Below, piece by piece: positions 27,863-59,164 of a stretch of DNA of 64,000 nt (position 1 is its first letter; each line of letters begins with the position of its first letter). Source of the DNA: the human T2T-CHM13v2.0 reference genome, Homo sapiens; NCBI RefSeq assembly GCF_009914755.1, contig NC_060925.1; one strand, written 5' to 3'. A program made the translations under genes and the position numbers. A model generated the notes under the pieces. It searched no databases. It was not told the DNA's origin and worked only from the letters and a program-made list of their open reading frames with translations.

Positions 27863-29411
27863 TAGTAGAGACGGAGTTTCTCCATGTTGGCCAGGCTGGT
27901 CTCGAACTCCCAACCTCAGGTGATCTGCCTGCCTCGGCCTCCTAAAGTGCTGGGATTACAGGCGTGAGCCACTGTGCCTGGCCTCAAATTTTTTTTTTTC
28001 TTTAATTAGCCAGGTGTGATGGTGTGTGTCTATAGTCCCAGCTACTCGGGAGGCTAAGGTGGGAGGATCACTTGAGTCTGGGGGGGTCAAGGCTGCAGTG
28101 ATTGCACCACTGCATTCCAGCCTGGGTGACAGAGCGAGACTTTGTCTTAAAAAAGTAATAAAATTGCTGCAAAACACTGTGGTATGCTGGAGTCAGACAT
28201 CGGTCATCATGGCAGTTTCATTTCATGATGATGTCACTCTTGCCATGCAACAGGCTATCTGCCTACAGGCATGCTCTGGTGCTATGGAGAAGTGCGTGTG
28301 AGTAGTCCTTACCTGCGCACACTAGGTGTTCACTGAGTACATGCATGGAGGCGCATGGGCAGCATTCTCACCTCAGATGGAGCAGCTCTGAGGCTTTGAC
28401 TCTGAGCTCCCTAGTGGGATCTGGTGCCAGTTGTCCATGAACGTCCCCTGTTCTGGCTTCCCTCTCCTCCCTGTCTCACTTCCCCACTCCCCTACACATG
28501 CTTCTTGGGATCTCCTCCCACATAAATCACTTGCGCTCGAATCCTGCCTCAGAGTCTTCTCCTGGGAGATGAAGGAGGCAGCCCGGGGCGGGCAACACAC
28601 TGAGGTTGGCAGAGTGCAAAGATGGCAAGAGCCCGGGTCCACGGTGACACTGTTAGGGAAACAGAGAATAAGAGAGTCAGGCTGACACCATTTTAAAATA
28701 AGCTGTGGCTGGGTGCAGTGGCTCACGCCTATAATCTCAGCACTTTGGGAGGCCAAGGCGGGTGGATCATCTGAGGTCAGGAGGTCGAGACCAGCCTGGC
28801 CAACATGCAGAAATGCCCTCTCTACTAAAAATACAAAAATTAGTCGGGTGTGGTGGCGGGCGCCTGTAATTCTAGCTACTCGGAAGGCTGAGGCAGGAGA
28901 ATCGCTTGAACCTGAGAGGCAGAGTTTGCAGTGAGCTGAGATCATGCCACTACACTCCTGCTTGGGTGACAGAGTGACACTCTGTCCCAAAAAATAAAAT
29001 AAAATAATAAAATAATAAAATGAACTGCATCTTCAAACTAACAAGACACGCTCCTAGCCAGTCACAACTCACGGCCATGAGATGTTTCTGGCGAAGGAAG
29101 CGGTTTAGTAATTCCTGCAAGGCAAACTCCTATGATGGCAGGATGTCCAGGTGTCCTGATACCACATCACAATATCCGCTTTTGAGACAGTTACAGTCAT
29201 GCTTTGATGTATTTCCACACTAAAATACCAAGGATAATTTTCTTTAAATCAACAAAGTACTAAATTTTCCTTTAAAAAGGTTATTGTATTTATGGCTGGG
29301 CACTGTGACTCATGCCTGTAATCCCAGCACTTTGGGAGGCTGAGGCAGGTGGGTCACTTGAGGTCAGGAGTTCGAGACCAGACTGGCCAACATGGCGAAA
29401 TCCCATCTCTA

Positions 29412-29639
<228 letters not shown>

Positions 29640-31763
29640 TCAAAGCCAAATACTTCTGAATTTCTTTAAAAAAATTTTTTTTCTACGCAGTCTCGCTCTG
29701 TTGTCCGGCTGGAGTACAGTGGCCCCATCACTGCTCACTGCAGCCTTGACCTCCCGGGCTCAAGTGATCCTCGCACCTCAACCTCCCAAGTAGCTGGGAC
29801 TACAGGTGCATGCTACCATGCCCAGCTAATTTTTGTATTTTTTTGTAGAGATGGGGTTTCACCCCATTGCCCAGGCTGGTCTTGAACTCCCAGGCTCAAG
29901 TGATCCACCTACCTCAGCCTCCCAAAGTGCTAGGATTACAGGTGTGAGCCACTGCACCTGGACTCAGATTTTGTCTTTCTTGAAAACCTCCTTCGACCTC
30001 AGCCCATCCGCTCCTCCACTGCCCCCACCCTGGTTACCTGGAGAACCTCTGCAGAACCCACACTAGCCTCCCTGATGGCATTCTGGCTCCTCTTCAAACC
30101 GTTTCCCACTCAGCAGCCAGAGACATGCTTCAAGACATAAGCTGGATCATGTTCTCCTGTGGAAAACCCTTCAAAGGCCTCCTGTGGCCTTGTGTGCCTG
30201 CCCTGCAGGAATCTCCAGCCCCACTTCTCTGCTCCCATCCCAGAGAAGCTCCAGTCCTTACATTTATTCCTTGCTGTATTGTGGCTGGGCAGGGGCAGGC
30301 TGGATTTCCCAGGCACCTATGACAGCAGGCTTCTCCCACTTCCGGTGGGAGATTGAAAGGCCGGAGGGAGAGAGAAACCTCCCTCCTGTCCTCCAAAAGG
30401 TACTTCTCTCCCTACACTTCCTCCACGGCTCCCACCAGACGTGCCTGGGCTGGGCCCAGCTTTGGCGAGGTGACCTCTGCTCCTGGGCTCCAGCTACCAG
30501 CATCTCCTCTCTCTGTCCTACCATCTTGGGAGGGAGCTGTACTACTCTCTGGGTTCCCACATCTTCCCTGCTGGCTTCTCTGCACCTCCCTCACCTAGGC
30601 AGCCAATTCCCCAGATTAAATTCCCTGTACTTCAAATACTTGAGATTTCTGTTTTCTGGTTTGACTCTGACTGACAAAGGCAGACTTCCATCCTGAGGAG
30701 GAAGCCAGCAGCCGGTGTGGGGCAGAGCCAGTGGAACGGCAGAAATCCTAAGCCTGAGCTGGGGTGCACCTCTCTTTGGCTCCCCTGCCTCTCCACTTAA
30801 AGTGAAGTCCTGTGAGATTGTACATTTCCTATTTGTGGCCGGGCCTGCTGGCTCAGATCTGTAATCCCAGCACTTTGGTAGGCCGAGTCAGGCAGATCAC
30901 TTGACCTCAATAGTTTGAGACCAGCCTGGGCAACATGGCAAAACCTTCTCTCTACAAAAAATATTTTAAAATTAGCTGGGTGTGGTGGAGTGTGCCTGCA
31001 GTCCCAGCGACTCGGCAGGCTGAGGTGGGAGGATTGCCTGAGTCAGGAAGGTTGAGGCTGCAATGAGCTCCCATCATGCCACTGCACCCCAGCCTGGGCG
31101 ACAGAGTGAGACTTGTCTCCAAAAAAAAATCCTAATTGTTTCACTTAGGCAGAGTGTCCTGTTGCTTGCAACTGAAAATATTTGTATTTTGTGGCAGAGA
31201 CCTGTGGCTGTCCCCAATATTGGCTCTCCCTTTCTTTTCTTTTCTTTTTCTTTTTCTTTTTTTTTTTTTTGAGACAGAGTCTTGCTGTGTCACACAGGCT
31301 GGAGTGCAGTGGCGCAACCTCATTGCAACCTCTGCCTCCAAGGTTCAAGCAATTCTGCAGCCTCAGCCTCCCAAGAAGCTGGGACTACAGGTGCACACCA
31401 CCACCTCTGGCTAATTTTTGTATTTTTAGAAGAGACAGAGTTTCACCATTTGGGCCAGGCTGGTCTCGAACTCCTGACCTCGTGATCTGCCCGCCTCGAC
31501 CTCCCAAAGTGCTGGGATTACAGGCATAAGCCACTGTACCCTGCTTGTTAAGAGGACTTTTTATTGTGTCCAGGGGCTGTGCAGAATGGAAACCACGCTT
31601 GCCTGTCTCCCAGGAAGCCAGGTGAGGCCGTGCGCTGATTTCTGGCTGTGGCAGAAGAGATGCGTGCAAATTTCAGGTTGACCATGTAAAGGTGAAGTTA
31701 TCCCCTTCCCTTTTCTTCATCTGGAATGTGGTTGTCCTGGAGGAGCCATTTCATGCTCTATTT

Positions 31764-32040
31764 TTAGATTGGTGTAAAAGCGTAATTGCAGTTTTTGCCA
31801 TCACTTTTAATGCCAGGGAAGCCAGAAGAAAGTATCACAAACTGGGTGGCTTAAACAACAGAAACTGATTGTCTCACAATCCTGAGGCCGGAAGAAGGAA
31901 ATCAGGGTATTAGCAGCTTGTTTCCTTCTGAGGGCTACGAGCAAAGGTTCTGTTCCCTCACCTTGGCTTGTAGATGGCCACCTTCCCTCTCCGCAGTTTC
32001 TCTGTGTCCCAGTTTCCACTTTATATAAGCACGCCAGTCA
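31764..32040. mobile_element. Half MADE1 (mariner MITE, 31764-31812) fused to an MLT1 LTR fragment; paralog at ~57472-57748
   Basis: ttagattggtgtaaaagcgtaattgcagtttttgccatcacttttaatg, then cacaaactgggtggcttaaacaacagaaa. Confidence 0.7.
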
Positions 32041-32059
32041 GGCTGGGCGCAGTGGCTCA

Positions 32060-32803
<744 letters not shown>

Positions 32804-33054
32804 CCGGGAAGGTATGGCACTGGCCGTGGGGAAAGGGCTGTGCCTGTCCCCACTGCCATTGCTCAATAACCTCCTTGGATCCCAGCCGGGGTGATGCCTT
32901 CCCTGGGACAAGAGATACCTGCATACTGTCCTAGCCCTGGGTTCCCATGGTGGCTTCTTTGTACCACAGGTGGGGCACCTGCAGGGCCTCCTTCCCCATC
33001 CCTGACACTGCTGACCCATCTGAGACAGCTGGGGCTGGTAGCTGGGGAATGTTG

Positions 33055-35021
<1,967 letters not shown>

Positions 35022-36157
35022 GAAACTACAGGGCAATAAGGCACCAGAGTCCCAGACTCAGGACCACTGTGTGTGATTCACCGTGAACACTGGCATATTA
35101 AAGGCTCTGAGAAGTCCTGTAGGAAAGGACAATTTGAACTTTGTCTGAGCTCATACTTTCCAATCCCATCTGACCTTTAGTTCTTCACTGAGTGCCCACT
35201 GGGTTATGTTCTGGGAGCTGAGGCCACAGCAGTGAACAAAGCACACAAAACCCCCTGCCCCATGGGGATCCGTTCTACTGGGGCCATTTATCATCAAACA
35301 TCTATTAATATCTCAAGAATGTGCCCATCAGGACACCATCCATGCTGCTGCGCTTTTCCAGGCCACACAGAGGGGACACCCTCCAGGTGCACCCTGCATG
35401 AATATCAGGCTCAACCGTGCTTTCAGGGTAGGAAGCGGAGGGCATTTGAAGAGTCCTTTCCCTTCCTTCATTCATTTGTTGTCTCCTTGAATAAATGCTG
35501 TTGAAAACCTACCATGTGCCAGGCTCCCTTCTAGGTACTGGGAATCTGAAGATGAATAAGATAAAGTTTTAACCCTCGAAGAGCTTCCTATGGGGTGGGA
35601 ACTAGAAAGAATGGAACTCCCCCAGTCCCAGGAAAAAGGCTCACCAGCTTCCCCTCTGTCCCCTCGCCAGCTTCCCTGCCCTCCCTCTCCTTCCCAGACT
35701 GACCTCCTAATTTTGCATACTCTCCGACCTAACTTCCACCTCCATTCAGGAAATGGCTTGCTTTGCATCAGGCTGAGGCCTAAAGTAGATCTAACCCCTC
35801 CATCTTCCCTCTTGCGGGGCAGGTGTTGGAAGGAGGTTCATCTTCAGGGATTTCACTCAAGCTACTCCTAGGCCAGAAAACCCTCGGAGAGTTAATCAGC
35901 CGTGCAACTGCCAGTGTCAGTCCATAGGCCTTGAAGTGACCAATCAGGCAGGGGTTGTGGTGGGACAGTTGGCGTCAGGGAGCCCCTCTCCCTGGGGACC
36001 CAGCAGAGCCGACAGAGAGGCTGGGACTTGCTCAAGGTCACCTGGGTAAGAAGCCGGGAAGGCTTCTCGGTTGAAGTTGGGGGAGGGAGAGTGGACCCTC
36101 CCATGCCCGTGGGCTACCCTTCACCAGGCCAAGCAGTAACAAACCAGGGAAACTTGA

Positions 36158-36370
<213 letters not shown>

Positions 36371-36903
36371 TAGTAGAGACGGGGTTTCTCCATGTTGGTC
36401 AGGCTGGTCTCGAACTCCTGACCTCAGGTGGTCCACCCTCCTCGGCCTCCCAAAGTGTTGGGATTACAGGCGTGAGCCACCGCGCCCGGTCCATCATTTT
36501 CCCTTCTGTCAGATGTAAGTGGTTGGATTAGATCGCGTTTTAGGCCCTGTGGGTTTCAGACACTCTACAGTGGAATCTGGGCTTATCGGACCTAACCCTA
36601 TCTCTCCCCAGCCACCTCCTGGGCCCCTCCCTCCTTCTTCCCTGGCGTAAGGTCTGGGGAATGGCTCAGAGCTTTCAAGCTGAGCAAACAAACATGTCCG
36701 GGCACATAGGGAACAGAGGGCAGGGGAGGGCATGGCTATTTTTATCACAGTATAAAGGATTTTCACAGCTGCTTCCATTGTGTCCACACACGTTCCATGA
36801 ACCCAGGCTATCAGAGTGGCTAGGCTGTGATTGGAGGGGTTCACTCCTAAAACAAAACCTGCCCAGCAAGATGCCTGACTTTCCCCCAGGAGGGATCTAT
36901 TTA

Positions 36904-37176
<273 letters not shown>

Positions 37177-37671
37177 CTATTGTGTGAATATGCTACACAT
37201 ATTGACCTATGAACCTTGATGGACGTGGGAGTTGTTTCTAGGTCTTTGCTGTTGAGGTTTGAGAACAGGGGCTGCGGCAAACAATCTCATCCACACCTCC
37301 TGGAGCACATGCCTAAGGTTTTCTCACGGTGTAGACCTAGGAGGGAAACCGCTGGATCACCTGTGAATTCCACTTTCGGGGTTGCCTGCTCTTTGACCTC
37401 ATCTCCCACCCCTCTCTACTTTGACTACCAAGCTCCTGTCACACTGGCCTCCCTTTCCTTGAACAAGCCAAGCCCATTGCAGCCTCCAGAACTTCGCACC
37501 TGCTGTCGCCTCCCTTCAGAACGCGTTTCTTTCAGGGATTCCCGTTGCTGGCTTTTACTTATCCTCAGGACTCCATCAGATATGACCTCCTCAGCCCAAA
37601 TGTCACTTTCTCTGTCCCCCTCATCTAAATGACTTACTCCATTCCTACCCCAATCACCCATTTTCATTTTC

Positions 37672-37964
37672 TTTTTTTTTTTTTGACACGGAGTCTCGCT
37701 GTCGCCCAGGCTGGAGTGCAGGGGCGCCATCTTGGCTCACTGCAGGCTCTGCCCCCTGGGGTTCACGCCATTCTCTTGCCTCACTCTCCTGAGTAGCTGG
37801 GGCTACAGGCGCCCGCCACCTCGCCCGGCTAACATTTTGTATTTTTAGTGGAGACGGGGTTTCACCGTGTTAGCCAGGATGGTGTCGATCTCCTGACCTC
37901 GTGATCCACCCACCTCAGCCTCCCAAAGTGCTGGGATTACAGGCGTGAGCCACCGTGCCCGCCC
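37672..37964 (-). mobile_element. AluY-type insertion present only in the CELA3B copy
   Basis: AluY diagnostics (ttcacgccattctc, cgtgttagccaggatgg); TSD cattttctttt; empty site at ~62615-62625. Confidence 0.85.
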
Positions 37965-38609
37965 CATTTTCTTTTCTGTTTTGTTTGTTTGTTTGTTTGT
38001 TTTTGAGACAGTCTTGCTCTGTGGCCCAGGCAGGAGTGCAGTGGCATGATCTCGGCTCACTGCAACCTCTGCCTCCCTGCCTCCTGGGTTCAAATGATTC
38101 TCCTCCCTCAGGCTCACAGTAGCTAGGATTACCGGTGCTGGGATTATAGGTGCCCACCACCACGCCTGCTAATTTTTGTAGTTTTAGTAGAGATAAGGTT
38201 TCACCATGTTTCAAACTTCTGACCTCAATTGATCCTCCCACCTTGGCCTCCCAAAGCGCTGGGATCACAGGTGTGAGCCACCGCTCCTGGCCTAGACTCA
38301 AACTCTAGAAGGGCTGAGACCATGTATTTTTCACAGCTGTATCCCCTAGAACAGTGCCTGATACATAGAGAAAAAGTGCTCAACAAAAAATTTTTTGTGG
38401 AGGTGGGTACTAATATAAATCTCATGTTAGAGAGCAGAAAACTGAGACTCAGAGAGGTTAAGCCATGCGCCCAAAGTCGCAGAGCTTGGAGGTGGCAGAA
38501 CCAGGATTGAACCGTGGTCTGCCCGGTTCCAGTGCCCCTGTTCTTTCCGAAAGAGGAGGTCTTGTCCTGACATGAGCTTTTCTTCCTGAACTCTTGTTAT
38601 CAGTTGGCC

Positions 38610-38833
38610 ACTCCACACCACCTGTGCGGCCACCTGTTGGAGGGAACGCTAGGTCCTTCCTTTGGCTGTCACTCCTCCATCTGCAGTGAGTGAGAACTGT
38701 GGCCTTGGACCATGGGAGACCTGCATTTCCACCACCTGTTCTGGGAGTGGGGCCCAGTCAGCCCCCTTTGCTTACCTTCTGCCCTATATTAGAGCCCCAG
38801 GTTCTGTGCCCTTTTCCTATCATCGCAAAACTC
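38610..38833 (+). promoter_or_regulatory. CELA3B: CELA3B proximal promoter (acinar type) and 5' UTR
   Basis: TATATTA 38785-38791; E-boxes CACCTG at 38619, 38631, 38733 near TGGGA elements (PTF1-like); TGGCCTTGG 38700-38708 (NR5A2-type site, reverse CCAAGGCCA). Confidence 0.7.
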
Positions 38834-51093
<12,260 letters not shown>

Positions 51094-51135
51094 AACCAAG
51101 GCCCAGCTGGCAGTGCTGATCGATCCCACATCCTG

Positions 51136-51148
51136 AATAAAGAATAAA
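51136..51148 (+). terminator. CELA3B: CELA3B tandem polyadenylation signals AATAAAgAATAAA
   Basis: Two AATAAA hexamers 43-55 nt after the stop, with a T-rich tract downstream (~51176-51190). Confidence 0.9.
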
Positions 51149-51318
51149 GATCTCTCAGAAAATTCCAAGTTGAATCTTTCTTTCTTTGTTGACTCACCTC
51201 TTCCCCTCTGGCCTGTTCCTAAAATCTTAGATCTCATATGCAGAGACAGGACCAGGTCCAACCCTTTCATACGAAGATGAGGGAAAAATGATGCTGGGAG
51301 AGAAGGGAGTTGCTGTGC

Positions 51319-51427
51319 GGTGACCTGACCATCCTGGTTTGCCTGGAACTTCAGGAGTGAAGACACTGGACATTTAATGCTAAAACTGGGAAGGTACCAG
51401 GAAAAATGGGACAAGTTGGTCGCCTTA
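51319..51427. mobile_element. MER81-like hAT MITE
   Basis: Imperfect terminal inverted repeats ggtgacc...ggtcgcc around catcctggtttgcctgg...gggacaagttgg. Confidence 0.55.
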
Positions 51428-51690
51428 GTATATAGTCGCACATAAGTCAGTAGCTTTTCAATGCAGGCATATAAACATGGTAAAAATCTGCAGATAAACA
51501 GACCCTGCCAGCCCCTCAGCAGGCTCATGGTAGAGTGGGAAGGACAATGTGTGATCTGCTTCCACTGATGGGCTGGGGGCTTTGGTTATTCATTCATTCA
51601 ACAAACACTTATTCCTTGTTTTAAAGGAGGGCTCAGAGGGGTAAGGAGACATGGTTCCTGCCCTGAAGTGACTCATTATTTAAAGATAGC

Positions 51691-52057
51691 TCTCTTAGTC
51701 TGTGTTCATACTGCTATAAAGAACTGCCCGAGACTGGGTAGTTTATAAAGGAAAGAAGTGTAATTGACTCACAGTTCAGCATGGCTGGGGAGGCCTCAGG
51801 AAACTTACAATCATGGTGGAAGATGAAGGGGAAGCAAGGGACCTTCTTTACAAGGTGGCAGGAAGGAAAATTGCCTAGCAAAGGGGGAAGAGCCCCTTAT
51901 AAAACCATCAGATCTGGCGAGAACTCACTCACTATCATGAGAACAGCATGGGGGAACCGCCCTATGATTCAATTACCTTCTCCCTTGACACATGGCGATT
52001 ATGGGGATTACAATTCAAGGTGAGATTTGGGTGGGGACACAAAGCCTAACCATGTCA
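51691..52057. mobile_element. MaLR LTR (THE1D/MSTA-like) downstream of CELA3B
   Basis: ttagtc...gctataaagaactgcccgagactggg...gactcacagttcagcatggctggggaggcctcaggaaacttacaatcatgg...gagatttgggtggggacac. Confidence 0.85.
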
Positions 52058-52989
52058 TGAGCATATCACGGTCATTCATTAAACATGTATTAGGTACCTG
52101 CCTTGTGGCAAGTTCAGGGCTGGAAAAACAGAGACAAGTCAGGCAACCCTAGGAAGAGCCCTTACTGAAGGGGGGAGAAGACACACACACAGGTACACAG
52201 GTATACACACACAGGTACACACAATGCTGCGCACGAGCCCAGAGCCAGCAAACAGTTGAGTTTTGAAAGGAAGAACGCTGGCCAGGTGCAGTAGCTCATG
52301 CTTGTAATCCTAGCACTTTGGGAGGCTGAGGCAGGTAGATCAACTGAGGTCACGAGTTCGAAACTCCTTCTTAAAAAAAAAAAAGAATGCTGTTACACAG
52401 ACAAAAGCAACATAAAACAAGGGAGTCTGGCTGGGCCTGGTGGTTCATACTTGTAATCCCAGCACTTTGGGAGGCCAGGGTGGGTGGATCACTTGAGCCC
52501 ACGAGTTTGAGACCAGCCTGGGAAACATGGTAAAACCCCATCTCTACAAAAAACATAAAAATTAGCCAGGTGTGGTGGTGGGTACTTGTAGTCCCAGCTA
52601 CTCGGAAGACTGAGGTGGAAGAATCACTTGAGTCCAGGAGGCAGAAGCTGCAGTGAGCTGAGACTGTGACACTGTACTCCAGCCTGGGCACAGAGCAAGA
52701 CTCTGTCTGAAAAAAAAAAAAAAAAAAAAATTCAACGGAATCTCTTTCCTCATATTTCTCTTTGAACACCATGAAAGGGAAGATTGTCCCAGCAAGGACA
52801 CACACAAATGACTTTGATATTAATGGCCCATTTGTAGCCTCCCTTTATACTTTCAGCTACAACTGAAAAAGATGCAACATAGAGAATAATATAGCAGAGA
52901 CTCAGATAGGTATCCTCCCTTCAGAATTAACAAATTTCACATTTTGCTTCATATTCTAAAAAATATTAATTACAATCATTCACTAAAAA

Positions 52990-54832
<1,843 letters not shown>

Positions 54833-54993
54833 CTAATGGCAGGATGTCCAGGTGTCCTGATACCACATCACAATATCCGCTTTTAAGACAGTTACAGTCA
54901 TGCTTTGATGTATTTCCGCACTAAAATACCAAGGATAATTTTCTTTAAATCAACAAAATACTAAATTTTCTTTTAAAAAGGTTATTGTATTTA

Positions 54994-55336
<343 letters not shown>

Positions 55337-57767
55337 TCAAAGCCAAATACTTCTGAATTTCTTTAAAAAAAATTTTTTTCTACGCAGTCTCGCTCTGTTG
55401 TCCGGCTGGAGTACAGTGGCCCCATCACTGCTCACTGCAGCCTTGACCTCCCGGGCTCAAGTGATCCTCGCACCTCAACCTCCCAAGTAGCTGGGACTAC
55501 AGGTGCATGCTACCATGCCCAGCTAATTTTTGTATTTTTTTGTAGAGATGGGGTTTCACCCCATTGCCCAGGCTGGTCTTGAACTCCCAGGCTCAAGTGA
55601 TCCACCTACCTCAGCCTCCCAAAGTGCTAGGATTACAGGTGTGAGCCACTGCACCTGGACTCAGATTTTGTCTTTCTTGAAAACCTCCTTCGACCTCAGC
55701 CCATCCGCTCCTCCACTGCCCCCACCCTGGTTACCTGGAGAACCTCTGCAGAACCCACACTAGCCTCCCTGATGGCATTCTGGCTCCTCTTCAAACCGTT
55801 TCCCACTCAGCAGCCAGAGACATGCTTCAAGACATAAGCTGGATCATGTTCTCCTGTGGAAAACCCTTCAAAGGCCTCCTGTGGCCTTGGGTGCCTGCCC
55901 TGCAGGAATCTCCAGCCCCACTTCTCTGCTCCCATCCCAGAGAAGCTCCAGTCCTTAGATTTATTCCTTGCTGTATCGTGGCTGGGCAGGGGCAGGCTGG
56001 ATTTCCCAGGCACCTATGACAGCAGGCTTCTCCCACTTCCAGTGGGAGATTGAAAGGCTGGAGGGAGAGAGAAACCTCCCTCCTATCCTCCAAAAGGTAC
56101 TTCTCTCCCTACACTTCCTCCACTGCTCCCACCAGACATGCCTGGGCTGGGCCCAGCTTTGGCGAGGTGACCTCTGCTCCTGGGCTCCAGCTACCAGCAT
56201 CTCCTCTCTCTGTCCTACCATCTTGGGAGGGAGCTGTACTAATCTCTGGGTTCCCACATCTTCCCTGCTGGCTTCTCTGCACCTCCCTCACCGAGACAGC
56301 CAATTCCCCAGATTAAATTCCCTATACTTCAAATACTTGAGATTTCTGTTTTCTGGTTTGACTCTGACTGACAAAGGCAGACTTCCATCCTGAGGAGGAA
56401 GCCAGCAGCCGGTGTGGGGCAGAGCCAGGGGAATGGCAGAAATCCTAAGCCTGAGCTCGGGTGCATCTCTCTTCAGCTCCCCTGCCTCTCCACTTAAAGT
56501 GAAGTCCTGTGAGACTGTACATTTCCTAGTTGTGGCCAGGCATGGTGGCTCAGATCTGTAATCCCAGCACTTTGGTAGGCCGAGTCAGGCAGATCACTTG
56601 ACCTCAATAGTTTGAGACCAGCCTGGGCAACATGGCGAAACCTTCTCTCTACAAAAAATATTTTAAAATTAGCTGGGCGTGGTGGTGCGTGCCTGCAGTC
56701 CCAGCGACTCGGCAGGCTGAGGTGGGAGGATCGCCTGAGTCAGGAAAGTTGAGGCTGCACTGAGCTCCTATCATGCCACTGCACCCCAGCCTGGGCGACA
56801 GAGTGAGACTTGTCTCAAAAAAAAAAAAAAAAAAAAAAAAATCCTAATTGTTTCACTTAGGCAGAGTGTCCTGTTGTTTGCATCTGAAAATATTTGTATT
56901 TTGTGGAAGAGACCTGTGGTGGCTGTCCCCAATATTGGCTCTCCCCCTTTCTTTTCTTTCTTTTTTTTTTTTTTTTTGAGACAGAGTCTTGCTCTGTCAC
57001 CCAGGCTGGAGTGCAGTGGCATGACCTCACTGCAACCTCTGCCTCTGAAGTTCAAGCAATTCTGCAGCCTCAGCCTCCCAAGAAGCTGGGACTACAGGTG
57101 TGTACCACCACGTCTGGCTAATTTTTGTATTTTTAGTAAAGACGGGGGTTTCACCATTTTGCCCAGGCTGGTCTTGAACTACTGACCTCGTGATCTGTCT
57201 GCCTCGGCCTCACAAAGTGCTAGGATTACAGGCATGAGACACTGCACCCTGCTTGTTAAGAGGACTTTTTATTGTGTACAGGGGCTGTGCAGAATGGAAA
57301 CCACACTTGCCTGTCTCCCAGGAAGCCAGGTGAGGCTGTGTGCTGATTTCTGGCTGTGGCAGAAGAGATGCCTACAAATTTCAGGTTGACCATGTAAAGG
57401 TGAAGTTATCCCCTTCCCTTTTTTTCATCTGGAATGTGGTTGACCTGGAGGAGCCATTTCATGCTCTATTTTTAGATTGGTGTAAAAGCGTAATTGCAGT
57501 TTTTGCCATCACTTTTAATGCCAGGGAAGCCAGAAGAAAGTATCACAAACTGGGTGGCTTAAACAACAGAAACTGATTGTCTCACAATCCTGAGGCCGGA
57601 AGAAGGAAATCAGGGTATTAGCAGCTTGTTTCCTTCTGAGGGCTACGAGCAAAGGTTCTGTTCCCTCACCTTGGCTTGTAGATGGCCACCTTCCCTCTCC
57701 GCAGTTTCTCTGTGTCCCAGTTTCCACTTTATATAAGCACGCCAGTCAGGCTGGGCGCAGTGGCTCA

Positions 57768-58511
<744 letters not shown>

Positions 58512-59014
58512 TCGGGAAGGTATGGCACTGGCCGTGGGGAAAGGGCTGTGCCTGTCCCCACTGCCATTGCTCAATAACCTCCTTGGATCCCAGCCGGGAT
58601 GATGCCTTCCCTGGGACAAGAGATACCTGCATACTGTCCTAGCCCTGGGTTCCCATGGTGGCTTCTTTGTACCACAGGTGGGGCACCTGCAGGGCCTCCT
58701 TCCCCATCCCTGACACTGCTGACCCATCTGAGACAGCTGGGGCTGGTAGCTGGGAAATGTTGACCTGTAGTCATCAAAGAGATCAGAATCCGGTTTTTAA
58801 GAATTTATTCCAGCAAAAATCTGAGAATAGTCATCCAGAAACATGGGCTCCAGAGAAGAGGAGTAAGTGCTCCAAAGTTAAAAGTTAAAGTCCCGCCGGG
58901 CGTGGTGGCTCACGCCTGTAATCCTGGCATTTTGGGAGGCTGAGGCGGGCAGATCATTTGAAGTCAGGAGTTTGAGACCAGGCTGGCCAACCTGGTGAGA
59001 CCCCATCTCTACTA

Positions 59015-59164
<150 letters not shown>

